Origin: Candidatus Hodarchaeota archaeon
GTDB lineage: Archaea > Asgardarchaeota > Heimdallarchaeia > Hodarchaeales > Hodarchaeaceae
DNA: 64,000 nt
Assembly: GCA_029856365.1 (NCBI GenBank)
Contig: JAHQWW010000004.1
Coordinates: 32,001 to 96,000 of the forward strand
Direction of reading: 5' to 3'
The notes beneath the pieces were generated by a model. The model did no database searches. It worked only from the letters and a program-made list of their open reading frames with translations, and was not told the DNA's origin. Both the position numbers and the translations under genes were made by a program. Below, one piece after another: positions 29,274 through 39,680 of the stretch (positions within the stretch are counted from its first letter, which is position 1; every line of letters begins with the position of its first letter).

Positions 29274-30467
29274 ATGTCTGCTAAAGTCTATTATGGGTCT
29301 TTACAACATGGTACAAATCAAAGATTCGCCACTTTCGCAGCGAAAGTGGACAAAATCGTTGAATTGCTTGATTTTTCTACTATTGAAAAACACGACAAAG
29401 TTGCTGTCAAAATGCACCTTGGGTTCCAAGATGTCTATCAAACGGTTCCAGTTTTTTTTGTTCGACGTATTGTGAAAGCGATCAAACAGGCTGGGGGGTG
29501 GCCATTTATTACCGATAATCCAACAGCAGTCTATAATGCTGTCGATCGTGGTTATACACAAGAAACCTGTGGATGTCCAATCATTCCTATTAGTGGGGTG
29601 AAAGATGGTTATACAGTTGAGAAACGCGTTGATTACAAAAATGTAGATACATTGGACATGGCTGGTGTTTTACATGATGCTGATGTACTAGTTGATGTGA
29701 GTCACATCAAAGGTCATAACTCGTGTGGATTTGGAGGAGCCATCAAAAACATAGCCGTCGGGGGATATGCAGCGCAAACCCGTTGGAATAAAATTCATGG
29801 TGTAGAACAATACATCCCTTATTGGGATCCTGAAAAATGCTCTCCTAAACATGCAAAGGAATTGGTTCTCTCATGCCCTTACAAACAAATAAAGTACAAC
29901 GAAGAAAAACACAAACTTACAATTCCCTTTGGTATGTGTAATCAATGTGATGAGTGTTTAGAAGCGGATAAAGAGGTTGGATGTTTAGAATATCGACAGG
30001 AGCATTTCTCAGCTTTTCAAGAATTATTGGCAATAGCTGCAAAACAAGTTTTGGATACATTTAACGATGATAAGAAATTCTTCATAAGCTTCCTACTCGA
30101 GATAACTGCTCTATGCGATTGCTGGGGTTTTGCACAACCTTGTATAGTAAATGACTTAGGGGTGTTAGGTAGTAGAGACATTGTAGCAATTGAAACCGCT
30201 GCTCTAGATCTTATTGCAAAAGAAGGGCTTATTGTAAAAAATATCCCCCCTCACTATATACATGCAAATCTAGATCCTAATGTTGATCTTCATCCATTCC
30301 AACGTCTTCATGGGCGAATGAAGAGCCCATATTTGGCAGTTGAATTCGCTAGAGACCTCGGTTTAGGTACACAAGAATATCAACTGATAGAAGTCTTATC
30401 TCCAGAAGAAACATTGAAAAGTGAACCCCCAAAGGGAGTAAGTGAACGTGATCCCTCATTCTATTAG
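29274..30467 (+). CDS. DUF362 domain Fe-S protein
   Basis: VAVKMHLG, SHIKGH..GFGGAIKNIAVG, Cys motifs, CDC, SRDIVAIETA. Confidence 0.88.
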   Translation: MSAKVYYGSLQHGTNQRFATFAAKVDKIVELLDFSTIEKHDKVAVKMHLGFQDVYQTVPVFFVRRIVKAIKQAGGWPFITDNPTAVYNAVDRGYTQETCGCPIIPISGVKDGYTVEKRVDYKNVDTLDMAGVLHDADVLVDVSHIKGHNSCGFGGAIKNIAVGGYAAQTRWNKIHGVEQYIPYWDPEKCSPKHAKELVLSCPYKQIKYNEEKHKLTIPFGMCNQCDECLEADKEVGCLEYRQEHFSAFQELLAIAAKQVLDTFNDDKKFFISFLLEITALCDCWGFAQPCIVNDLGVLGSRDIVAIETAALDLIAKEGLIVKNIPPHYIHANLDPNVDLHPFQRLHGRMKSPYLAVEFARDLGLGTQEYQLIEVLSPEETLKSEPPKGVSERDPSFY

Positions 30468-30597
30468 TTATTAACTCATATAGACTTGTTAGCTGGTCTG
30501 AATCCAAGAGAACTCCTTGTAGAAAACATTTCCTTAGCCTGAAAAATAAAAATCTTAAAACTACAAAAGATTTGATGCTTAACAAATGAATTGAGGC

Positions 30598-31083
30598 ATG
30601 AAGATGAGTGATATAAGTAGTGGATTAATAAAACTTGCTTATCGTGGAGTAGCTGGATTTTTTATTCTTTTATTATTGTTTATTTTTGGAGTAGTTGGCA
30701 TTGCTCTTGGATTTGCGGGTGGTCTTATTATTGCTTTGTGTTGGATTCCTCTAGCCTATCCAGAGATATTAACTGAATTTAATATCGTTGTCATTGGTGG
30801 TCAGGGCACTACAGATCCAGTAGTAGCTTCCCTAGCATTATTAGTCGCGGGGCTTGTTCTCCTAGCTGTAGGATTTTTGTTTTTGATAATAACCTACTTA
30901 ATTGGAAAAGGAGCAATTATTGTTGACAAAGAACTCGCAAATGTTATAGATAGCGCCTTTTCAGGCTCAGGAAAAGATCGAATAGCCCGTTTAGAACGAT
31001 TAGCGGCTTTACATAACAGTGGTGCTCTTAGTGATAAAGAATTCGAGCACGAAAAAGCACTAATTCTAGAATCAGAGGAATGA
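30598..31083 (+). CDS. Membrane protein with C-terminal SHOCT domain
   Basis: TM helices, then LERLAALHNSGALSDKEFEHEKALIL (SHOCT consensus). Confidence 0.85.
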   Translation: MKMSDISSGLIKLAYRGVAGFFILLLLFIFGVVGIALGFAGGLIIALCWIPLAYPEILTEFNIVVIGGQGTTDPVVASLALLVAGLVLLAVGFLFLIITYLIGKGAIIVDKELANVIDSAFSGSGKDRIARLERLAALHNSGALSDKEFEHEKALILESEE

Positions 31084-31116
31084 AAAGAAGAATCACCCTT
31101 TCATCCCTTTTTTTCT

Positions 31117-31824
31117 TTATAGAGTAATTTTCATCGGTTCTTTCATTCTAGGAATGACCACATTTATATCAGGCATTTTTTCAAGTGCCATAGCCTTAAA
31201 CTTCTGCATTTCGTCTTGGTTACCATGCATCGTCACTACAACTTTTGGTTTGATGTCTAAAGTCATCTTAAGAGCATTCTTTGGAGAACAGCTCGGAGAG
31301 GGGGCACCAGTGGGAAGAAAAGCTAGATCTGCAGAATAATCCTCCAACGGAATATATCCAGAGTCGCCCCCATGAAAAACACTAAAATCGGGCCACTTCA
31401 TCCTGAAGAGGGTTATTGATCCTGGATGGACACCACCAACAGCTGCAATCTCAAGACTATCAATTGATAATGATTCAGTTGATGTTAAAGCTTTTACTTT
31501 ATCAGCAGGAACCTTTGTTTTTAATTCTCTGGCCACCTGAGAATCCGCAATAACTATAGCCCCAGATACCTCGAAAATCTTTGAAGTCGTCTTAACATCA
31601 AAATGGTCTCTATGGGTATGAGTATTTAACTGCAAGTCAAGATTCTTTAAAGCTTTTATCTGATCATCGCTATCTAGAGCCATTTGACACATATCAACGG
31701 CAATGGCTTTGTCTGCCGCTCTAAACACAATACTTGAATAACCAAAATAGATGAAAGCTATTTCATTCTTTTCTATTGGTAATGAAAATAACTCTTTAAT
31801 AGGAGTAGACATGATTGTGAACAC
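31117..31824 (-). CDS. MBL-fold metallo-hydrolase (UlaG-like)
   Basis: THTHRDH, VFHGGDS and TMH motifs. Confidence 0.9.
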   Translation of the reverse strand: MFTIMSTPIKELFSLPIEKNEIAFIYFGYSSIVFRAADKAIAVDMCQMALDSDDQIKALKNLDLQLNTHTHRDHFDVKTTSKIFEVSGAIVIADSQVARELKTKVPADKVKALTSTESLSIDSLEIAAVGGVHPGSITLFRMKWPDFSVFHGGDSGYIPLEDYSADLAFLPTGAPSPSCSPKNALKMTLDIKPKVVVTMHGNQDEMQKFKAMALEKMPDINVVIPRMKEPMKITL

Positions 31825-31887
31825 CTCATGATTCAGAACATTAAGTAAAATTATTCTTTATATATACATTAGGCTAATTTCCGACTA

Positions 31888-31905
31888 AATTTATTCGAAT
31901 AAATT
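31888..31905. promoter_or_regulatory. Perfect 18-bp palindrome between divergent genes (candidate operator)
   Basis: AATTTATTCGAATAAATT. Confidence 0.35.
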
Positions 31906-32031
31906 CAATGTCAAGTTGGGAGACAATTTTCAAGGGGAAAATTCGTGATGAACTCCTCCAAAAACTAGTGAATGAGTTATTTAAGTTTATAAATACAGAA
32001 GTCTAGTAACGTAATGAGTAAGTGAATATTA

Positions 32032-32325
32032 ATGGAACAAACGGCTGAAAAGATCATTCAGAGGATTGGTCAGCAGACGAATCTCCCAAGGAAGGATATT
32101 TTGAAAAGAATTGCCCAACTCAGTAGGTCACTCAAGTATAATATAGAGGATGACGATCCTACGATTCCAAAACTCCTTACCCAAGAATTAAATGTTGGTC
32201 TAGATGGAAATCCTACGGATTATCTTTATATAGAACTCTTGTATGATAAATGGCCACTTTTTGCACGAATCATACCATTAACAACAATATATAGGAGAAA
32301 ATCACAAAAATACTCAGGAAAATAG
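32032..32325 (+). CDS. Hypothetical protein
   Basis: 97-aa ATG ORF downstream of a TTTATAAA box. Confidence 0.6.
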   Translation: MEQTAEKIIQRIGQQTNLPRKDILKRIAQLSRSLKYNIEDDDPTIPKLLTQELNVGLDGNPTDYLYIELLYDKWPLFARIIPLTTIYRRKSQKYSGK

Positions 32326-32348
32326 GCCCCAAAATAGAACTCGAGGAG

Positions 32349-32870
32349 GTGACACATGATACATATGGTATGGAGAAGCACCATTCTCTTGGAAAAATTT
32401 TCAGATGGCAAGAAATCATAGGGGGGGACCACGTATTTATGAGAGATGGAATTTTATTATTTATCGCACCGTACACTGGATATCAAGATTACACTTTATT
32501 AGCCAATAATTACACCCTTGAGGAGGTGGTCGAACAGGCTGAATCATATCGAACATTCACAGATTACACAGTTGTTAGAACAAATGAACCGAATAAAACC
32601 TACATTCCATATTCTTTGTATGAAAAAATATACATCCAACCCCCCGAATGGGCAGAAATTGATACAGAAAACCATGATGGTTGTCTAAAATTCCCCTATA
32701 TTACACTTGATTCCCTACAAGTTACCCCAGAGTTAGAATCCATTTCCTTTTTTAATACAGCAACGAAAGAAATAATTGGAACCGAATCTCTACAGTATTA
32801 CCAAAAACTCAAACAAATTTGGATATATGATGAATTATCCCTTCGTGTGATAATTATTTTCCAATTCTAG
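32349..32870 (+). CDS. Hypothetical protein
   Basis: 173-aa ORF preceded by GAGGAGG. Confidence 0.6.
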   Translation: MTHDTYGMEKHHSLGKIFRWQEIIGGDHVFMRDGILLFIAPYTGYQDYTLLANNYTLEEVVEQAESYRTFTDYTVVRTNEPNKTYIPYSLYEKIYIQPPEWAEIDTENHDGCLKFPYITLDSLQVTPELESISFFNTATKEIIGTESLQYYQKLKQIWIYDELSLRVIIIFQF

Positions 32871-33031
32871 TTTTTAAACATAGGGCACTTTTCAATACTC
32901 ATCTTTTCCCTATATAGTTACTTTATAATTATTTCCCAGTCGTTTCCTTGACAGTAATCTTTATAATTCCCTCTAGTACTTTTTCTCTCAAAAACAATTA
33001 TCACATTTAATGAATTTATGAGGTTCAAGAA

Positions 33032-34231
33032 TTGACTAGCTCTAAGGAATATATGGATATTGATAAAAATTACGGAGCTCATAATTATCATCCTATTTCT
33101 GTTGTTGTAGCGAAAGCTCAAGGTGTTTGGGTGTACGACCCCGAAGGGAAGAAGTACTTAGATTGCTTATCTGCTTACTCTGCGGTTAATCAAGGCCATT
33201 TACACCCCAAAATTATCCAAGCATTGAAGGATCAGCTTGATCGGGTCGCATTGACTTCTCGTGCGTTTCATAATGACCGTATGGGTCTTTATCTGAAACA
33301 CCTCCTTGATATTTGCGGGGAGGGGTTTGACATGGCCCTACCAATGAACACAGGAGCTGAGGCGGTCGAGACTGCCATCAAAATGGTTCGACGATGGGGT
33401 TATGAAGTTAAAGGAGTTGAAAAAGACAAGGCTGAGATTATTGTGTGTGCTAATAATTTTCATGGCAGAACAACAACCATTGTTGGTTTTTCTACTGATC
33501 CTCTTGCCAATACTAATTTTGGTCCATATACTCCAGGATTTAAAATCATCCCTTATGATAATCCTGAAGCTTTAGAAAAAGCAATTACTTCAAACACCGT
33601 TGCATTCTTAGTAGAACCAATCCAAGGTGAAGCTGGTGTTATTGTCCCAGCAGAGGGTTATCTGAAAAGAGTTCGAGAGATTTGTACTAAGCATAATATT
33701 CTCTTAGTACTTGATGAAATACAGACGGGGTTTTGTCGTACTGGAAAGATGTTCTGCCATCAATATGAAGACATCATTCCAGATGTGATGACCTTGGGTA
33801 AAGCCTTAGGCGGAGGGTTACTCCCTGTCTCTGCTGTTGTGTCTCGCAAGGAAATTATGCAAGTTTTCACTCCTGGATCCCATGGTTCTACTTTCGGTGG
33901 ATTTCCTCTAGCATGTGCTGTTGGAGATGCTGCATTAGATGTTCTTGTTGAGGAGAAGTTAGCTGAACGCTCAGCGAAATTAGGTGCCTACTTTCTGGAC
34001 GAGCTGAGAAAAATTGATCATCCGCGCATAAAAGAAGTGAGAGGAAAGGGTCTTTTTACTGCGGTGGAGCTCCATGAAAAAGCACGACCTTATACTGAAC
34101 AACTCATTAACGAAGGCATTTTAGCTAAAGAAACACATGATTTCGCCATTCGTTTTGCTCCTCCCCTTGTTATCACCAAAGAGCAACTAGATTGGGCTCT
34201 TAAAATTATCAAGAAAGTACTTGGATCCTAA
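33032..34231 (+). CDS. rocD: Ornithine--oxo-acid transaminase
   Basis: YGAHNYHP, LSAYSAVNQGH, PMNTGAEAVETA, EPIQGEAG, DEIQTG, LGKALGGG, HGSTFGG. Confidence 0.96.
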   Translation: MTSSKEYMDIDKNYGAHNYHPISVVVAKAQGVWVYDPEGKKYLDCLSAYSAVNQGHLHPKIIQALKDQLDRVALTSRAFHNDRMGLYLKHLLDICGEGFDMALPMNTGAEAVETAIKMVRRWGYEVKGVEKDKAEIIVCANNFHGRTTTIVGFSTDPLANTNFGPYTPGFKIIPYDNPEALEKAITSNTVAFLVEPIQGEAGVIVPAEGYLKRVREICTKHNILLVLDEIQTGFCRTGKMFCHQYEDIIPDVMTLGKALGGGLLPVSAVVSRKEIMQVFTPGSHGSTFGGFPLACAVGDAALDVLVEEKLAERSAKLGAYFLDELRKIDHPRIKEVRGKGLFTAVELHEKARPYTEQLINEGILAKETHDFAIRFAPPLVITKEQLDWALKIIKKVLGS

Positions 34232-34277
34232 AACCTTCTTTAAATCAACTTAGGACTTCTCTCAACAAGAGAGGGAT

Positions 34278-34931
34278 TCATCCCCAAACAAGTAATGCAA
34301 GAAGAAGAACCCCTAAAACACCAGTTATTAGTCCATTAAAGAATAACCACCATCGAGACGTATGTAAAGGTAGTGTCCTCCTCATTTCCCAGGTATCCCG
34401 TTTTTTCTTATTTTTTACTGGCATTTTAAATGGTAAATGAATGAGATATGTCCCTTGAAGCGCTTTGATTGTCTCTACTCCTGTTAATCCTGAAACAAAA
34501 CCACCAACTAACATTGCAGTTGTACGAGTCACTCCTTTTTCCTTTATTTCCTTCTCAGGATCGACACTTGGAAATAGGTCTAGTAATAAATGAGAAGCGA
34601 ATCCTAGAAAGAACGGTGTGAAAACCAATGCTAAAATAAGGCTCTGATCATCAGGAATAGCCAAATATTTCTGGATAAGAAATGTAATAGTGATAAATAG
34701 GGGAATGAATACACTATGAGTAGCTACATCCCGATGATGCATCCAATTTAGAAGTAAATCCCAATCAGGAGCCTCAGCACCAATTAATGCCATGAGAAAG
34801 GCGGTTACCACCCATAAAGGCGAGACATCTGGAAGATCTGGCACATAATTCGCATCAACAAACCAATAGATCACGACATACATAAAAAATATGATTATTA
34901 CAGTCATCAAATGCCACTTTCGATTTGCCAT
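34278..34931 (-). CDS. Membrane-bound metal-dependent hydrolase (YdjM-like)
   Basis: PDWD, HRDVATHS and SHLLLD motifs within TM helices. Confidence 0.7.
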   Translation of the reverse strand: MANRKWHLMTVIIIFFMYVVIYWFVDANYVPDLPDVSPLWVVTAFLMALIGAEAPDWDLLLNWMHHRDVATHSVFIPLFITITFLIQKYLAIPDDQSLILALVFTPFFLGFASHLLLDLFPSVDPEKEIKEKGVTRTTAMLVGGFVSGLTGVETIKALQGTYLIHLPFKMPVKNKKKRDTWEMRRTLPLHTSRWWLFFNGLITGVLGVLLLALLVWG

Positions 34932-35074
34932 CGCACCTTACCATCCTTGATTTTTCTTTTCAGCAATTCATCTTTTCCTTTAATTTATTTCTATTTACTC
35001 CCAAAATTGCTTTATAATCCTTTCAATTATTGGTTTGTTAAAGACTACCAACATAATAGGGATCGTTACACATT

Positions 35075-35581
35075 ATGGACTGGAAATACTTACGGCCAGC
35101 GGTCTGGCCAGGCTCTGAAATGCAGAAAAGCATTCCACACGGAGATGTTCAACCTAATGGTATCGATATATCAATTGGACGCTTGTTTCAATTAATTGGA
35201 AACATTAGATTGACTTCTAAGATAGAAAAACGTCAATATCCTAAATTACTAGAATTAATGCCTCATGACAATTTTTGGCACTTAAAGCCTGGGATTTACC
35301 TTGTTGAGGTAGCAGAGGAAATTATGATCCCTAATAATGCTATTGGTTTTGTTACGCCTCGTTCAACTTTGATTCGGATGGGAGCAACAGTATTTTCTGG
35401 AATATGGGATAAGGGGTTTCAAGGAGTAGGTGACAATCATGGCCGTATTTTATTACAAACTTCTCTCCCCTTTAAAGTCCATGTCTCTGTCGCTATTGCT
35501 CAGATGATTTTTATAAGTGCAGTCGACGATGAGACGGTGTACCAGGGAAACTATCAACCCGAATCAGATTCAAACCTATAA
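35075..35581 (+). CDS. dut: Archaeal-type dUTPase (dCTP deaminase/dUTPase family)
   Basis: QPNGIDIS, PRSTLIRMG, WDKGFQG, IAQMIF, YQGNYQ. Confidence 0.85.
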   Translation: MDWKYLRPAVWPGSEMQKSIPHGDVQPNGIDISIGRLFQLIGNIRLTSKIEKRQYPKLLELMPHDNFWHLKPGIYLVEVAEEIMIPNNAIGFVTPRSTLIRMGATVFSGIWDKGFQGVGDNHGRILLQTSLPFKVHVSVAIAQMIFISAVDDETVYQGNYQPESDSNL

Positions 35582-35671
35582 AACGGATAAAATAAGAGAT
35601 CTTTATCATTCAGATTTGATAGTGCAGGTGCGCGTTTATACTCCCTCAAGATGTACAGTTCAGTTTTATGC

Positions 35672-35965
35672 CTAAGAAGAGGCAATCCGAAATTTTTGTG
35701 GAGAAATTCTCTCCGAATGGCACTCAGGACACTTATGAGGATCAGATATTCGAGATCTACCAGAAAAAGTATAATTACAATTCATACAGATCGCAGGACG
35801 TACTTCTATTCGTTTTTTTTCAGAACGGATTGTTTTTCTAACTGAATCGAGATCCTGAACGACAACTTTTACAGGAACATTCGTTAAATCAGCCAATTCT
35901 AGCAGAGTCATTTCTTCGTGCTTTGAAAGAAGCTCAATAATCTTTTCTCTCCGTGTTTTCATCAA
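35672..35965 (-). CDS. Transcriptional regulator, HTH fused to Zn ribbon
   Basis: TRREKIIELL HTH; PAICMNCNY...CPECHSERI. Confidence 0.88.
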   Translation of the reverse strand: MMKTRREKIIELLSKHEEMTLLELADLTNVPVKVVVQDLDSVRKTIRSEKKRIEVRPAICMNCNYTFSGRSRISDPHKCPECHSERISPQKFRIASS

Positions 35966-36144
35966 TTCTCAACTCTTTTTTTAATTGAATGTTGTTAGTC
36001 CTAGTAATACATATTCCAGAAAGAGGATTGTATCTAAAATGGCAAAAACTGGAACCATGTAAATCTATTTTCTTCCATGATGGATATACTAGATGATGCA
36101 TAATATCTCTTCTATAACTCTATAAGAAGGCTTGTTACATAATC

Positions 36145-36516
36145 TTATTTCCCATCACTTATGTCTTCTTCTTCAATAACAGGTAGGAATATTTTTAATT
36201 GCCCATATTGAATACTTGGTAACATGATTGCATCATACAATGAGCTGTTTAATGGTATTCTTGATAAGTTTAACATTCGGGCAATATAGGAAGACAATCC
36301 AATTATCATTAGTAGTGGACCCCAGACGAAAGACATGACTAAGAGAATGTCCTGTGGTGTAATTTTTAAGTATTCAGTTGGATTATAGAAAATTGATAAA
36401 AGAAACATAACGATTGAGAAAATTAAACCCAAAATTATGATAAATTTAATCCAAATAACCACTGAATGTTTCCCTTGGAGGTTTTCCTTCAATGTCGATT
36501 GATTTTCCATCTTCAA
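36145..36516 (-). CDS. Hypothetical two-TM protein
   Basis: 123-aa ORF with two hydrophobic helices. Confidence 0.6.
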   Translation of the reverse strand: MKMENQSTLKENLQGKHSVVIWIKFIIILGLIFSIVMFLLSIFYNPTEYLKITPQDILLVMSFVWGPLLMIIGLSSYIARMLNLSRIPLNSSLYDAIMLPSIQYGQLKIFLPVIEEEDISDGK

Positions 36517-36713
36517 TCACAATTATTACTTCATTCATATTGATTTATAAGGTATATTGATACAATAAACTAACTTCAGTTCAAATTAGCGATATCATTA
36601 AAGAGTAATTTCCTTTCTTGTTAATTGATTTTCCATTTTGAATCAAACTCGTACCAGATCAGGCGTTTACTACGTTTTTAAAAACTTATAAGTCTAGCTT
36701 TTACCCATATTCA

Positions 36714-37769
36714 TTGATAATTCTCTCATTTAATATGTACTTTTCACCTCCTCATTACACAACAATATCAAAGCTAAAGATGATTTACGTCAATAATTTC
36801 TTAATAATTATGGAATGGATTATATTGCAACTAAGGAGACTACTAGTTATATTTCTTGTTATAATTATTGTTACTTTGACAATTCAATATCAAAGAACGG
36901 AACCCATTGGAAAAGAGGAATGGCCTCCTCCAACAAATAATATTAACATCAAACAAGAAATGAGTCCTTTTGTTACTAAGTCGTGTTCTTCTCATATTGA
37001 GATTCAAACTTATGGTGGAGGAAAAAGTGATATGGCTCACTCAGTAATTCAGACTGCAGATAATGGATTCATCCTAGTAGGATCCACCGAATCATATGAT
37101 GGGGAACAAGACATGTGGCTCGTAAAGACAGATGTCAATGGTTTACTCCAATGGGATCAGGTTTATGGTGAAAGTGCTTGGGATTGTGCTTATTCAGTAC
37201 TTCAGACTGAGGATGGTGGTCTGATCCTATCAGGGTTCACTTGGATTTTTCGTGGAGGTGATTTAGATGGTGCTATGTGGTTAGTGAAGACAGATGCTAA
37301 TGGCACACTCGAATGGGATCAGACATATTCAGGATTAAATGAAGATAGTGCTAATGCTTATTCAGTAATTCAGACTGTTGATAACGGATTTATCATAGCG
37401 GGTTGGACAGAATCGTATGGAGCAGGTTCTTTTGACATATGGCTAGTGAAAACCGACGTGACTGGTAAAATTCTATGGAATCATACTTATGGTGGATTAG
37501 AACCTGATGTTGCTGAATCCTTAATCCAGACAGCGGATGGGGGATTCCTTCTAGCAGGCTACACAGCATCATACGGATCAGGTTCTTTAGATATGTGTCT
37601 TGTGAAAACCGATGCTGATGGAATAAATGAATGGACAATACCAGTTAATTCAACTTCGACAATACCAACAACAAATATGATTGTGAATAATCGTATACAG
37701 GGATTAGATATTTTCACACTTATTTCTACGATTGGTATTCTAAGCATTTGTCTTAGACAAAGAAAATAA
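36714..37769 (+). CDS. Secreted beta-propeller-type repeat surface protein with C-terminal anchor (true start likely near 36810-36825)
   Basis: N-terminal signal/TM; four repeats of YGG..D.A.SVIQTADGGF..G.T.SY....DMWLVKTD.NG; Thr-rich linker; TM plus RQRK tail. Confidence 0.85.
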   Translation: MIILSFNMYFSPPHYTTISKLKMIYVNNFLIIMEWIILQLRRLLVIFLVIIIVTLTIQYQRTEPIGKEEWPPPTNNINIKQEMSPFVTKSCSSHIEIQTYGGGKSDMAHSVIQTADNGFILVGSTESYDGEQDMWLVKTDVNGLLQWDQVYGESAWDCAYSVLQTEDGGLILSGFTWIFRGGDLDGAMWLVKTDANGTLEWDQTYSGLNEDSANAYSVIQTVDNGFIIAGWTESYGAGSFDIWLVKTDVTGKILWNHTYGGLEPDVAESLIQTADGGFLLAGYTASYGSGSLDMCLVKTDADGINEWTIPVNSTSTIPTTNMIVNNRIQGLDIFTLISTIGILSICLRQRK

Positions 37770-38127
37770 ATGGGAATTGCCTTTTTCTGTTAAGTACCAA
37801 CAATTAAAGGCATCTCAAACATTAAACATTTGATAATTTTATGAATTTATGTCATCAGAATAAACGAAAAACATCTTATTGTATTGTTAACAAAAGACTT
37901 GTGCTTTGAAAATATTTAATCAAATCAAACATTGAAGGTTTTCCATGGTATTGATTGATTTACCATTTGAAACTTAAGTCCAATTAGAGATCTCATTGAA
38001 GAAAACATTTCCCAGAGAAAAAGATTTATCCCTTTCAACAATATGATTAAGTTGAAGCTATAACTAACAAGGACAGAAGTGTTTCTTTTATTATTAATAA
38101 CTATTTATCCTGACAGGTGCTATTTAT

Positions 38128-39459
38128 ATGTTTGAGTTAATCTTTATCGGCCTACTTGTATTTGGTGCTATTTATGTCTTTTTCTTTCTGATTTACTCTT
38201 CTATTAAGGAAGAAAAGAATTTTGCTCTAGATGTATACCGATATCTCAGCCGAAGATATCCAAAAACTGTCATTGTGGATTACGGAGGGATCTCATCTGA
38301 TCCAATCATTCATTCTCGTAATGCTGGTCCATTTAAACTCATTGAAGTCAAAGTTATTACAGAAAAAGAAGCGAATAAGACTGATCAGGATCTAATTTTG
38401 CGAGGGGAAGTTGATCCTCAAAAATTTCAAAAAGGAGAGATGTCAGCCAACCTCTCCCTAGATCCTCAGTTCCGATGGGATCGCCACGTTCGAGATCTTG
38501 AAATAGGTATGCCAAAGATAGATAATCGTTTTATCATTTCTTCTGATGATCCCCTTTTTCCACGTCAGTTATTAACTCAAACAGATTTAGGAAACCTTCT
38601 CCAAAATAGCTTTGATTTGGAGGGTTATTTTATTAGATGGTTTGAAAGTCCCGTTATTCAGGTACGTATGGAAACAATGAACTCTAATAGCTTCATTCAA
38701 GCTTTTAACATTCTCCTTGGAACTATCGGTGCCCTTTCCGAGAAAGGTTTTCTAACCCGAAATATTGGGAAAATGAGAAAATCAGATGTTCAAATTCCGT
38801 CCTTCTTATCAACTTCAAAGGTAGATGAAATTGAAGATAAAAAACAAGTGGATACAAAATTAGTGGATACTCCCACACCAGAAAAGATCATTTCGGAACC
38901 AGAAGAACCTATCCTCACTTGGAAACCACTTCCAGGCATTTCAACCGAAATCACAAAGCCATATGCCATTCAAGATCAAGAAGAAGCTGTTGAAAGTCCA
39001 TATCAGTCCTTTTTTAGCTCTATTAGTTATCAAGCCAAAAAAATTGAATTTAAACCTACTCATGTTAGAATATTAACCTATTCAAGAGCAGCTCAAGAGA
39101 TAATTGTGACATTTCCCGAAAATGAACGTGCTTTATTTTCCACATTTACTGGCCGCTCCCCATCTGAAGTTTTTGAACTCCAAATTAATTTTCAAGAAAA
39201 AGCACGATCAATAGATTGGAGTGATGCGTGGAAAGACATAACCATTTCAGGCCCTCCAGATATTATAGGAAAATTACAAACTCGAACAGGAATTGCCCAT
39301 CGGATTACAAACACTGGTGAAACTATGGTAACAGTGAAGGGTCACCCCCATAAAGGGATAGAATATAAACTCGTGGTTCCCAAAACAATACGAGGAATCA
39401 ATGCAGGCTATTCTCTCCTAAAAGATATGATTTGGTTTTTTGAAATGATTTTCCTGTGA
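38128..39459 (+). CDS. Membrane-anchored hypothetical protein
   Basis: N-terminal TM; two soluble domains separated by a Pro/Glu/Lys linker. Confidence 0.8.
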   Translation: MFELIFIGLLVFGAIYVFFFLIYSSIKEEKNFALDVYRYLSRRYPKTVIVDYGGISSDPIIHSRNAGPFKLIEVKVITEKEANKTDQDLILRGEVDPQKFQKGEMSANLSLDPQFRWDRHVRDLEIGMPKIDNRFIISSDDPLFPRQLLTQTDLGNLLQNSFDLEGYFIRWFESPVIQVRMETMNSNSFIQAFNILLGTIGALSEKGFLTRNIGKMRKSDVQIPSFLSTSKVDEIEDKKQVDTKLVDTPTPEKIISEPEEPILTWKPLPGISTEITKPYAIQDQEEAVESPYQSFFSSISYQAKKIEFKPTHVRILTYSRAAQEIIVTFPENERALFSTFTGRSPSEVFELQINFQEKARSIDWSDAWKDITISGPPDIIGKLQTRTGIAHRITNTGETMVTVKGHPHKGIEYKLVVPKTIRGINAGYSLLKDMIWFFEMIFL

Positions 39460-39680
39460 GGATTGATTGGAGTATGTAATCAATTCTTATAAATTAAAGA
39501 AAGAAATTAATAAAAGAGATATAAATCGCTTTCTGAAATCGGAAAAGCTGTTAAAACTGAAACTTTGAGAACAACCAAATTCAGAACTTTCGGATAGACT
39601 CTCGAGTAAAGCATATTAAAAACCAATAGAACTTTTACCTGTCTTTGAAAGCTTGAATAAACCTAAAAGAGAGATAGCTT

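Noticed and set aside
32032-32870. Stop-codon readthrough (TAG) joining two ORFs
   Set aside because: The two ORFs are in different frames and the second has its own RBS
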